From: Octopus bimaculoides
Taxonomy: Eukaryota
Assembly: GCF_001194135.2 (NCBI RefSeq)
Contig: NC_068981.1
Coordinates: 154,253,735-154,317,734 of the forward strand
Length of the DNA stretch: 64,000 nucleotides
Direction of reading: 5' to 3'
Shown here: in pieces, positions 11,401-23,615 of the stretch
How the letters are laid out: the number at the start of each line of letters is the position of its first letter
Position numbering within the stretch: the stretch's first letter is position 1
The notes under the pieces: model-generated
What the model was told of the DNA's origin: nothing
Seen by the model: the letters and a program-made list of their open reading frames with translations, nothing else
Database searches by the model: none
Translations under genes and position numbers: made by a program

Positions 11401-13304
11401 TCTTTTGGATTATCTAACTCTTTATGCATTATTTTACTTCAAAGAGTAAATTTGTTTTTTTTACTTTTGGCTTTAATCTTAGAGATTATCTTCTGCAAAT
11501 AATGTTTTTTTTAAAATTTATTTTTTAGTGCTGTCACACAACAAAATCATAAGTAAATCTGTGTCTATGTGTATGTAACACAGTTGTTTAATTACTAATT
11601 TACATAAATTTCAATACAAATTATTACCTTAACATTTATTATTATTACATAGGAAAGGTGATTTCTTAAATATATTTTTACAACTATGAAATTAAGATGT
11701 TAGTATTTTTAAACTTTTTAAGAGTATTTTTTTTTTACTTAAAATTAGAGTTGAAGGAATGTAATGTAAATAGTTTTTTGTCTATTTATAAATGTTGAGC
11801 ACTTTCCAAAGTGAAAAGCAGAGTTGTGATATCTTGATCTAACTAATACTTTAGAAACCAAAGTATGGCAATTTCAGAACTATGCCATTTGACTTATTTC
11901 TAATATCTTTTCTTCAACATTAGTGCTTACATATAAAATGAATTCAAATTTATCTTAGGTCTTATAATTCCATTAGTAGCATCCTTGTTTTTGTTGCTAT
12001 GTAGCTGTTGGTCAGCTCTGATTAAGCAGTTTTAGTCATCCAAATGACAAAACACAAACTACACATCCACCTTCCCAGTTATATTAGATTTCTAAATGGT
12101 TGAGGACCATACTGCACATTCTAACATGTAGTCGTGAATCATATAGAATGCATGTGACATAAAATCGCATGACATGTGATGAAAACTTTTATCAAAATAT
12201 TTTCAAAGGGTTCAAGTAATTTGACCATTAGAAGTAAATGAGAGGAATATAAGAGGTGGTAATAATCATCTCAATCATCAGAGATTAAATGCAATTAAAA
12301 ATGATATAGACAACATTCAAGTTTCCATGGAATAGGAATCTGAAATAATTTTCTCATTTTCATTTCCTCCTGGTATTATTTTATGATTCATACTGTATAA
12401 CCTTGTCTTGCTTAATAGTCTCAAGGTTATGCTGATTTGTTGTTATACCTATATCCTCTTGTAAAAAAAAATGAAATGTAGAATTCTAAATATTGGGTAA
12501 CTTTGTTCACTTTAAATTAGTTAATTGTAACACACACACACACGCACACACACACCATTACTATCAGCATTTCAATGTTTGTTTTGTCATACTTACACTG
12601 ATGGATGGGTTTTATCCAACATTGTGTTGATAGTCATCACAGTTCTTTGTGTAGTATCCTCAGGTCAGTTTTCACCACTTCACTCTTGGTCTTCTCATAG
12701 ACCTTCCTCTTCCTCATGTTTCATTCACCTTGACTGCCCTGCATTATTTTATGCAGCTGTTATTTGCCATGTGCCCATACCAGTGCAGTCTTCTCACTTG
12801 CACTTCATATCTGATACTTATATTCAGTTTTTGTTTCAGCTTACTTGTGCCCTTTCATTCATACACATTAACTTTATATATCTATCAGATTATGCTTGCT
12901 TCATAATCAGTGGGGACAATGTTTGATGCTAGTTTGGTGGCAGGAATTGATGGAAGTAAGACATAATTTCACTGCCTAAGAGCTTCCACTCTAGATTTTC
13001 TGCTTACATTTTGCTCCTTAGCTTATGCTCAGATGTATCTTATATATAAATGAACTCATCATCATCACCATAATGTCATGCAACCACGCCTGTGTCTATG
13101 TATATATTTGTAGTTAAGAAGTGACTATACATATGTATGTGTGTGTCAGCATAGCTGTGTGGTTAAGTTGCTGGACATTCATGTGGTTCTAGGCTACATG
13201 TCACCTTGTGATATTTCCTCATGACCAGACATGTTTTTGCAGAAGATGGGAAGGAAACATGAATTGTATGACAGTGGCATTCATTAACAACTATTATGCA
13301 ATAT

Positions 13305-13345
<41 letters not shown>

Positions 13346-14044
13346 CTTTTGATTTTTATCTACCAAACTCACTCACAAGGTTTTGGTTGACCCTGGACTG
13401 TAGTAGAAGAGTAGAAAATACTTGTCCAAGGAGCCGCTCATGGGACTTAGCCTGGAAGCATGTGGTTGGGTAGCAAACTTCTTAAGCACATGATGAATGT
13501 ATATGTGTTTCATTTCCCATAGACCACATTACTTCAAAAGTAGCCCAGTATAATATTATTGACTCTTGGTTAGTCAAGATACCTTGATCTTGTATGAATT
13601 TGTTTTATGCTTTTGGTTAATTTATCTATCTCCAGAAAGGATCATATGGTTAAGGAAGAAATCTTTATTAACCTAAATCTAGTTTTGTTTGAAATTTTTT
13701 AAATGGGAACTGACACTTCAATGATAGAAAAGCAGAATTTGTATGAAAAAATATATATAATTTTTTAACTTTGATATTCTTTTCCTCCAGAATTTTATTT
13801 TGATATGAAAGAAATATTAATTTTGGACTTGAGCTTTTACTCTTTTATCGAAGAATACTTTTTAATTTGTATTTTTGCTTTTATAATATATTTAAAAAAT
13901 TATTTTCATATATGATGCATTTCCAATTAAACTCTGAAATGTTTTTGTTTGTTTTATATTTTGATATGAACTGATTTTGTTTGTTTTATATTTTAATAAC
14001 TTGTTGCTTACAACTAAATCTAAATAAATTGTTTGTGTTGACAG

Positions 14045-14130
14045 GAAGGAATTACAGTTACAGTGGATACTTAAAATACATACATTTTCCAAAGCAATTT
14101 ATGGAGGAAATCAAGCTTAACTTTTTAAAA
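14045..14130 (+). other. Candidate 86-nt non-coding (5' UTR) exon
   Basis: Branch-like CTAAAT, pyrimidine tract and ACAG| acceptor (14044), then a consensus donor AAA|GTGAGT (GT 14131). Confidence 0.35.
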
Positions 14131-14464
14131 GTGAGTAAATAATCTTTTCAGTAAAAAGGTTTAATCAGGAAGTAGCTAACCTTATTTATTCATGTTCAAT
14201 ATGAAAAATTTGATATGAAACATCAAGATAAAAATCGTAGGGAAATATATTCTCATGTAAAGAAAAAAAAAAAAAATTAGAAGTGGTTAAGGTATGTTAT
14301 TGATTTTCATATACTAAAAGGGCTCACATTATATTCAAGATTGCATTGTATTCAAGTAAAAAACAGTATGTCAGAAATACTATCCATTAGGAGTCTACAC
14401 ATACTCACATATAAATATATGTACATTTATATATCGTATGAAAATGTTATTATGCTTGCACATG

Positions 14465-14524
<60 letters not shown>

Positions 14525-14658
14525 NNNNNNNNNNNNNNNNNNNNNNNNNNNNNNNNNNNNNNNNNNNNNNNNNNNATATGTATGTATGTTTATATATATA
14601 TGTGTGTGTATATATATGTGTGTGTGTGTGTGTATATATATATGTGTGTATATATATG

Positions 14659-14689
<31 letters not shown>

Positions 14690-14717
14690 GTATATATATA
14701 TGTATATATGTATATAT

Positions 14718-14925
14718 CATCATCATCATCATCGTCGTTTAACGTCCGCTTTCCATGCTAGCATGGGTTGGATGATTTGACTGAGGACTGGTGAAATCAG
14801 ATGGCTACATCAGGCTCTAATCTGATTTGGCAGAGTTTCTACAGCTGGATGCCCTACCTAACGCCAACCACTCCGAGAGTGTAGTGGGTGCTTTTACGTG
14901 CCACCGGCACGAAGGCCAGTCAGGC

Positions 14926-14927
<2 letters not shown>
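14718..14927 (-). mobile_element. SINE with RTE-like 3' tail ending in (ATG)n (family C here); other copies at 18192-18376 (+), about 25790-25960 (-), 26460-26690 (-), 41924-42368 (+), 54760-54945 (+), 62430-62920 (+)
   Basis: Shared body ...GGCATCCAGCTGTAGAAACTCTGCCAAATCAGA...AACCCATGCTAGCATGGAAAGCGGACGTTAAA(TGA)n. Confidence 0.85.
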
Positions 14928-14960
<33 letters not shown>

Positions 14961-14962
<2 letters not shown>

Positions 14963-15185
14963 TAGACAAAAACAGATAACAAAGCCATGGCTGTGAGGAG
15001 TTTTCAGAATATTTATAAGGAATGAGATCGTCTTACAGCTGTTTCTGGGATATTATGGATATCCCTTCATCAGAGACGATGTGAGAGAAGTAAATGGAAA
15101 AGGAGGAGATAGGGAAAATAGAGGGAAATAAGAGAATGAAAGTAGAAATAACATCTAAAATATTGTAGTTGCAGTTCCATTATTG

Positions 15186-15190
<5 letters not shown>
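14961..15190 (-). mobile_element. Penelope-like terminal (pLTR)/retrozyme-like fragment embedded in a (TA)n tract
   Basis: Flanked by (TA)n on both sides (14928-14960, 15191-15221). Short inverted ends TTAGACAA/TTGTCTAA. Contains a minimal hammerhead motif. Confidence 0.55.
15027..15080 (-). ncRNA. Minimal type-I hammerhead ribozyme motif
   Basis: Minus strand reads ATCGTCT-CTGATGA-A-GGGATAT(CCATA)ATATCCC-A-GAA-ACAGCTGT-A-AGACGAT. This gives a 7-bp stem I, the intact CUGAUGA/GAAA/UH core, a 7-bp stem II and a palindromic minimal stem III. There is an A-A mismatch at the 10.1/11.1 position. Confidence 0.7.
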
Positions 15191-15224
<34 letters not shown>

Positions 15225-15352
15225 GGCTAATACAAGACCCACATTAAACTTCTAACTCATATTATGATCGAACCAAGAGTTTAATTATGGTCTGTCCTTA
15301 GCACTTATTTAGCATTACCTGCCACTCTTTGGGTCTTCTAGATACCAATACC

Positions 15353-15408
<56 letters not shown>

Positions 15409-16030
15409 CCCTTGTCAAGGGTATCACCATTAGTACCCTGCTGCTAACATTCCTCTGGCTTCCCTAACTTGTGCACCCTCTCTCTTCAACCTTTCTCTGT
15501 CTTTATAGATGTTGCCTACCTACCTCCTTCTCCCCCAATTTCTCTATCTCTTCCCCCATACACTTTTGTACTCCCCCCCATACTATTCTTCTTACCTGAG
15601 GTACCACCTGGACACCTCATCACCAGTATCTATCTCTTTGGCAATACTACCAGGCCATTCTCACTCTCTCTCCTGAATGTGAGTAGCTGTGTAGCTCCTC
15701 TCATTGGCTACTTACATGTGTGCGTGTGTGTGTGTGTGTGTGCAAATGTGAATGAATATTGACATTAAACAGCTTCACTTGTTACCACTTGAAATGGTGC
15801 TGTGATGTTTATATTCCTTGATAACATTATGACCAGTCAGTGTTTGCTTTTGAAGACCTGTGGAATAAAAATATCCCATACTTGAAAAGCAGCTGAGAGT
15901 TGGCAACCAGGAATAGTATCTGGCCATAAAATCCTGCTTCTATATTAACTTTAATTCAACCCCATGGTTGAACAAAAAGTTAATAGGAAAAACATGGATG
16001 TTAAATGAATGAACATATATATATATATAT

Positions 16031-16328
16031 ACAAAAACAATTGCAGTGTGGGAGGTATTTATAAGCCATTTAAAATGACACACAAAAACTGTTAGATTCA
16101 CTTCAACATTTAAATTTAATTTGTCAAAATATTTTCATCATTTTGAAACCGTGACCTGTTCACTGACAAAATTCCATGCAGCACAGAATTTTGTCAGTGA
16201 ACTGGTCGTCGTTTCAAAATGATGAAAATATTTTGACAAATTAAATTTAAATGTTGAAGTGAATCTAATGGATTTTGTGCGTATTTTAAATGGCTTATAA
16301 ACACTTCCCATGCTGCAATTGTTTTTGT
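16031..16328. mobile_element. Foldback (palindromic) MITE, about 298 bp
   Basis: The left half (ACAAAAACAATTGCAG...CACTGACAAAATTC) is a near-perfect reverse complement of the right half (GAATTTTGTCAGTG...CTGCAATTGTTTTTGT), with an 11-nt loop at 16175-16185. Confidence 0.9.
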
Positions 16329-19300
16329 TTTAGCACACAATCTCAGATCAAGTCACTTGCTATGCAAGTACATCTCCCTAATATATATTTATATATATAT
16401 ATATATATAGTCCTACCCATGCATGCATGGAAGATGGACGTTAAACTGATAGTCTGGTTGGTCATGTGATCACATGATACACACAAACACACACACACAC
16501 CATCATGATCATCATCAACAACAACAACAAAAAAATAGGTATATGTATGTGTAATTTTAACCGGCTCACAAGCCAAAATCTAAAATTTGTGAACGTTTAT
16601 TTATACTAGGCCTTTTTTTTTACCCAACAAGTTGTGAAATACCTTTCATAATCCATTGATGATTATGGCCAGGTATTGCAATAACTTAGGGTTCAAATTC
16701 CCTCCACTTTTCAATATCCTATTGAAAGACTTAAGGGATCTACATAGTATGGATGTAGATATCTTCAAAAGAACAACTGGAACTAGAATTACTGATGAAC
16801 CTATTTTGCAGCAAGAAACATAACTGAAGGCAACAACTTCAAGATCCTTCGTTCAACAAATGTGTGTGTGTGTGTGTGTGTGTTGTGTCATGCAGAGAAA
16901 GAGAAAAGAAAGAGAGCGGATGGCGGAAGAATAATTCAATTCAATTTATTTATTTTGATCACAAAATTAGAGCAAATTACAATATATAAATGCACTGGAG
17001 TTATATTCTAAAGGTCATAGGTCTAAATTTTTGTAATAGGAAATAAAATATTTTGAGTCATTAATCATTTTATCTGTAATTGAAATGAGTAATGCATAAC
17101 CATCCCAGTTCATTCATAATCAGGAGAAAACAGACCATTCATTTTGTTGAAACACCTATTTTAAGAACAAATACAAATGTCAAATATATTTTTAAGTTGT
17201 CGAATGTATATATACACATGTGTACGTGTGTTTGCTCTCTCTCTCAGAAAGGATTGATGTATTCTTTTATTGGTTCCAGTCAATTGATTGTGGCCATTGT
17301 GGGGTACTGCCTTTAAGAGATTTAGTTAATCATATTGACCCTGTTATTTATTTCAGTATTGTATTTTTCTATTGATCTCTGATTATTGAATGACTAAGTT
17401 ACTTTTGACATAAGGGATTACAACTCATTGTGCTGTTTTACATTGGTATGCACACACACACAGAGAAACACACACAGAGAAACACACACACAGATACACA
17501 CACACGCATTGTACACTGTCTCTCTGCCATATTTCACTCATAAGGCATTGATCAACCCATGGTTACATTCACAGACTCTTTCCCAAGGTGCCATATATAG
17601 GGATCAAAGCTTTTTTTATATTTAATCTTTTGTTTGCAACCAGTCCATCTCCATAAATTTCAATAGTTTTCATTCAGCTGAAATGTCATAGTAACCTAGA
17701 CGCCTTGTAATAAATATTAGGGAAATGTTCCCCATACAATTTTGAAGGCAATCTCTGTTACAATTTGTTTCAAATTAAATCAGTTACTGTCTTGACTTTA
17801 AAAGAAGTGAACATTAATAGTAGTTATTGAATAAATTGCATAGTTATTATCAGTTGTATATTTCTAATCATTTTACTTCTTCCAGTCCATTGGGCTGCAG
17901 CCATGTTGAAACAGATAGTGATTTAGAAGCCTTATTGTATTTTGTTTTGACATTCTTCATCAGAACTTTCCAAGCACATACATCACTTAGGAAATTATCA
18001 GATTCATATTTTGTGCTATTTTGATTGCACACCAGTAATAAAATAATTGATAATACATAATTGTGCTTTATAAATTTTAATAAATTGAGCAAAATCAAAA
18101 TATGCTTACTATTTTAATGAGATACATGTATGTAATTACCACAATTCCTGAATAGTTGTTGGAATATTCATCCGCTGGATGTGTAATGTCAGTGTGCCGG
18201 TGGCATGTGAAAAGCACCCACTACACTCTCGGAGTGGTTGGCATTAGGAAGGGCATCCAGCTGGAGAAACTTTGCCAGATGAAATTGGAGCCTTCTGGCT
18301 TGCCAGCCCCCAGTCAAACCATCTAACCCATGCCAGTATGGAAAGTGAACATTAAATGACGATGATGATGATGATGACACCTGCATTTCATCATTTAAAA
18401 CTTAGACTTCAGAATTGCAGTGTTTTAAAATTTTTCCATAGTTAACAGTCTCAGTGTATGTAGGTAGTAGAAAGTAGCAGAAATATTTTAAGTGCTATTT
18501 TAGCTATATTGGAACGCTTGTCTGAAATGTTAATCCAGAAACTAGCTACTTCACTCACTTATATATCAATTATATACACCAGTTATCTTTTATTTCAGTG
18601 TTTCTTAAAGTTGGATGTTGTAGTTGGAATAACTAGATTTCTGATCTAATTGTATTGTTTCATTTTGATATTTGGGAAGTAATTATTTGCCCACTTCTCA
18701 AGCATTGCTAAATGATTAAAAATTAAAGAACTAATATCTCATTTTAAGTTGCATTCATAGGTTTTGGAAAACATTTGAAGAATTTTCTATTTCAGTTTTC
18801 TTACCTATTTTGTCTCACATTGTGCAAATCTTATCTTTTCTCTCCCCGCTTGCGTTTTGGTATTTATATTATTTAAATGTTAGAAAGATATATGTTAGAA
18901 ATGAGTGTGAAAGATATATTAATTTTGTGCACCAAAATTCATTTTGAAGTAAATCACAAAATTCAGTTTGACAGTTCTCTTGAAAAAGTCTAATCATCAT
19001 TCTCTTATATCATATACACAACAAAGCACTTGACTTCTTGAGAGCCAATGAACTTTAGTGTACAAAATCAGTTTTATAACCTTGCTTCCATCTTTTTCTA
19101 AATATGCAAATGAACTTGTTTCAAGAGATCTATTTTTAACATAATTAGGCTTTTTAATGACTTGTTCCATAACTAATTATAATTTATTTATAATTGTTTG
19201 GGCAACTTATATGTCATGATGTAAAAAGCAATTAATGGTTAGAATACTTACAACTTCTGTCTTTGCCAGTGCTGTAAAGCCATTTGATAAACCACTGATT

Positions 19301-21899
19301 GAGAGTGCATCATCTGTATATAATTTTATACAATTAGTTCATTGCAAAATGTTTTTCTTCAAAAAGCTAAAATTTTAAATATATGTTCACTTCTGCTTTT
19401 TAAGAGAAATTTTTGAATGAAACATATAAAGCAATTTTTGTGCTGACTTACATCTGTTGACTCATCTATGTGTAATGCAAACAGTCTATTATCTTTTGTT
19501 AAAATATCTTTTGTATGCATTTTAATATCTTTAGACATATCTCGAATCTGTCTTTCAATCTTATTGTATGTTAAAAGAATTCTTTTTTTTTTTCATTTTG
19601 AATTCAAATTTTGACCCAAGCATTGTTAAAAACTGTTGCACAACAAGGTGGTTTCTGAAACTGTATGTGGGTCCTTGTTTTAGGCTATTGACTAAGCAAC
19701 CAAGTAACCTAATTTTTAAAATTTTCTTAATAAATAATGTGGATTATTTCATAGAAGATTTTGAAAGCTCTTTGAAGTATTCTAAGAGCTTTCCTGACAG
19801 ACAGTTATATTTGGGGATAAAATGGGTATTCGTTATATTTGGCACCATACTCATTTGCAACTACATCACCACCAATCAAAAACACTCAAAACCTGTTTCT
19901 TGCAATCTTTGAAAAAGAAAAAAAACTTAGAAATTTTGCATGTACATTTCTCACCTACAAATGCTTTCTGTATTGGATTCTTGACAAATTTTATTTGTTG
20001 GTACTACATTCCATTAATTTTCACAATTACCTTCAACAGCTTTTTGTTTCTTAACTAAAATTTTACACATTTTTATCCAAGAGCTTTGTAAAAATTTTAA
20101 TACAAAAACTAGAAAATGAGAGAAGATTGGAATAGAATGATTTTACTAGCTTGTTAAAAAAAAAAAAAGTGACAAAAATTTTCCTACACACCTGCAGAAG
20201 TTTGTGTCCAAGTGGACAGCATTCCTCTTCTTCCTGCTACTAATACTACCACCACCACCACCATCACAATCATCATCGTCATGCACTCTGTAGAAATCCA
20301 TTAAGTTGACAGTGACCCAGCCACTCCTGCCACAAATTTGACCTAAGTTACTGCTGAACAGATATTGTCTCCCCAAATATTACTTCTGGTCACACATCCA
20401 TTGAACTTGTAACAGTCTTTCTGAAGAACAGGGAACATATAAAAATAATAGTATTTATGAATATTCACTGCAAATATCAGTGTTTAAACCCCCAAATTAA
20501 ATTCCTAAATAAATTGTCTGTAAAAATTCAACAATTCAACAAAATACTTGACTTTTGATAACAAGGCAACATGTATTAGCGAAAACATCCGAAACTTGCA
20601 AAATGTTAATCTTATCATAATAATCTTTGTATTATTAGTAAGAAGATGTAGAAAATTCTGATAAAATATTGTGACTAAACTGTGTGCAACAGGAGATATT
20701 TGTTTTTGGAATTTTGTTAAAGCTTATAACTGTCCCCTTCTCTCTTTTGCTACTTACATTGTTTTAACACTCCCATCCCTTTGTGTATTGACGTCTAACT
20801 ACAAAGAGGTTTTGATTGAACAAAGTACCAGTCAAATTTAATTTATTGTGGTCTCAAAACCTTAAAATATAATATGAATAATAATGGTACTTTCAGTGAA
20901 ATTGTACAGTAATAGTAATATAAAATTCATAAGATTTGTATAATTTCATGACATACCTAAAGATTATTGGCCACACAACTTGGAAAACTCTGCTCCAAGT
21001 TTTGAGTTCATCTTTCAACAAAAGTAGCACCAGTGTTGGTCTTAGCTTCAAACGGCTATAAACCTCTCTAAAAGACTGTCCTTAAGTCTAGTTAAAGGAG
21101 ATCATTATTATCTATGTGATAAATAATCCTCTTAATTTTTTTTAGATTATTTCATGCAGTTTCATTATTTGTTTTACTGTCTTTTTACGCTCAACGCTAG
21201 TATTTGGAAAACAGTTAAGTTAAAGTACTGTCTTTAAAAACAGAATCTGTAAAGCAGGAATTGCTTTATTTTACTAACCTGGAACTTAGCCAGTAAAACT
21301 GGCTAAGTTCCAGTACCACACTATCTAGAAAAGTTTGATCTTTACTTGAAAATCCTGAATTTTCATGTATAGTAAATGATTGTTCATCAGTAATAGCCCT
21401 TAAGAATAAACTTTTGTTCTCAAATAGACTCTCTCCTATTTGGCTGTTGTTCATATGCATTCTAGTCATTTGTAATACTGGAGATTAACAATAATGGAGA
21501 TTTCAGCTAGGTATGTTTTTCTTTGATAAACCTAAAAAGAAATTATTGTATTGTCTGTGAATGCTTTCTTCACCATAAGTTCTTTGTAATTTTCTTTTTT
21601 ATAACACTAGATTTGTTTTAGTGAGTAATATTTTAGTGAATCACTGTGGTCTTTGTGATGAGATTGTTTATAAATATTTTTAAAAATAAAATCCACATGG
21701 AAAAGCAGATGTGAAAATATGGTGATAATTTTGAAGTTGAATAGATTTGATTTATAATAATGAGTTACTACAATAAACATGTATGTTTAGAAATGCTGGT
21801 TTTGAAGGTAATAATTAACTCCAGGAATATTATAATGTATGTACTAATAAGTAGTATGAATCAAGGGATTCGTTAACATTTCAAAAATGTCTTTATATA

Positions 21900-23600
21900 T
21901 AAACAATTCACCCACCTCTGACCTGTATCTGTGGACTTCAATCCAGTTTGGATCTTAACAACCATCTTTTATGGTTGATAGTACACAAACTACATGTCTT
22001 ATTCTTCTTTGGGACACAAATCTCTCAACCACTTTCTTTAATCCATCTCTGCTCTTCAGGTTACACTTTATGTCATAACTATTTTCATATACGTGGCATC
22101 TCTCTATATAGAATACACTCTTCCTATCACTCACTTGAACTTCAGCATCAATGTCTACTACTTACTCTAGTTGAAAATTACTCTTTTCTGTTTATCCATG
22201 TTAATTCATATCAACTGCTCTTCAAACTTTCTGAACAGCTAACAACTATTCAACTATCCTCATTGAGGACATCTATCTCAGTTCACCTCTCTCTGAAGTC
22301 CTCATCCTTGGTGATTTTAATACACATAATTCTTCTTAGTTTTCGCACTCTCTCCCACACTCATACTGTTGATGTAGAGGCTAGATCATTTGCCATTCTG
22401 AATAATCTTCCTAAGTTAGTATCCTCACCTACCTATATCACTGACTGAGTCACAGACTCTCCAAACATTCTTGATCATTTTCTCATCTTCAATATCAGAT
22501 TTTTCTCAGCCATTACCATCTCTGTACCTGTCAAGATAACATCTCTGATATTTTCCTCTCACACAAATAAGTTAACTAATTGGAGCTGCACTAGTTGTAT
22601 ACTAATTATTCTTGGCAGGAAATGTTCTTGACATTTGACCTATCTGAAACAGTTAAGCATGCAACTGAAAACCATTCTCCTAGCATGTAATGAGAAACCA
22701 TCTTCCACATTCTTCACCCTCAAATAGCAACACAACTACAATGGCAAGGCTGCACTACAAGCAAAAAAAAAAAACTGCCAAAAAAAAAAACAACACCTGG
22801 AAGAAGTTACCCATTATCACCAACTGGAAGTTACGTAGCCATCACTGCAAAACAATCATCAAAAAAGAATAAGATGGACTTATGTACCACGTAACCTGCA
22901 AACTTTATTGCTTCATAAATTATAGCAATGCCAGAAGGTATTGCCTTTGCAAGAGTGTCTGTACTAACTTGCAGAATCCACCTCTTACTTGCCATTCTTC
23001 AACTAAGGTATCCCTGAAGGTAGCTCTCTTGCTCTTCAATTTGCTTCCAACTCCACTTTTTACACTCAGAACAAAATTCTTGCTAACTCCTCTTTTTCTT
23101 CACTCTACTTGTCTCAATGCTTCATTACCAAGTGCAGAAATTTTTCTGATTGCTTTATCTTAACAAATTGGCTGGTTCTGACAGTAGGTCTACCCATTAC
23201 CATCAAAAGGTATATTCCATATCTTGTTCCCATCCTCTACAAACTCTTCTATTTTTGTATCTCTACAGAGGTCTGTCCTAATTTATGGAACCTTTAAGGA
23301 TGAAATGTTTTCTTTTATATTATATATAAGCATTATCAAAACTACATTGCATTCCCTTCATCACCAGGGCCATAAAGTACTTCAGCTTTCATTAGTTGCT
23401 GATGCTCTACAGAGCTCAAATATGACCCACAATGGAGTACTGCTCAAAATATCTAGAAAGGTATTGCTACTACTTAGTCAAATGTCTAGACTGCACCATA
23501 TACATCCTATATCAGTTGACATTGACCATGCATTTGCACATGTGTGCAGTCACTGCAAAATAGCTTTTGTGGAAGACTTGCAGTTGCCTATGCATGCAAG
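21900..23600 (+). mobile_element. Degenerate LINE (CR1/L2/Jockey-type) ORF2 remnant: endonuclease C-terminus through the start of RT
   Basis: Broken frames give VSSPTYITD..SPNILDHFL (like HPTRIPD..PNILDLFL), RYIPYLVPILYKLF (like NYRPIALL..SKVF) and VDIDHAFAHV (like LDISKAFDRV). Many stops and frameshifts. Confidence 0.7.
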
Positions 23601-23615
23601 TCTTTTCTCTGCACA

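Noticed and set aside
14341-14780. YIYI/CVCV-type ORFs here and similar HTHT/DDDD ORFs elsewhere
   Set aside because: Translations of microsatellites.
21361-21390. Second CTGATGA...GAAA match on the minus strand
   Set aside because: No stem II or stem I pairing, so not a hammerhead.
21266-21469. 67-aa minus-strand ORF with protein-like composition
   Set aside because: Short, bounded by stops, and no recognisable domain or supporting exons.
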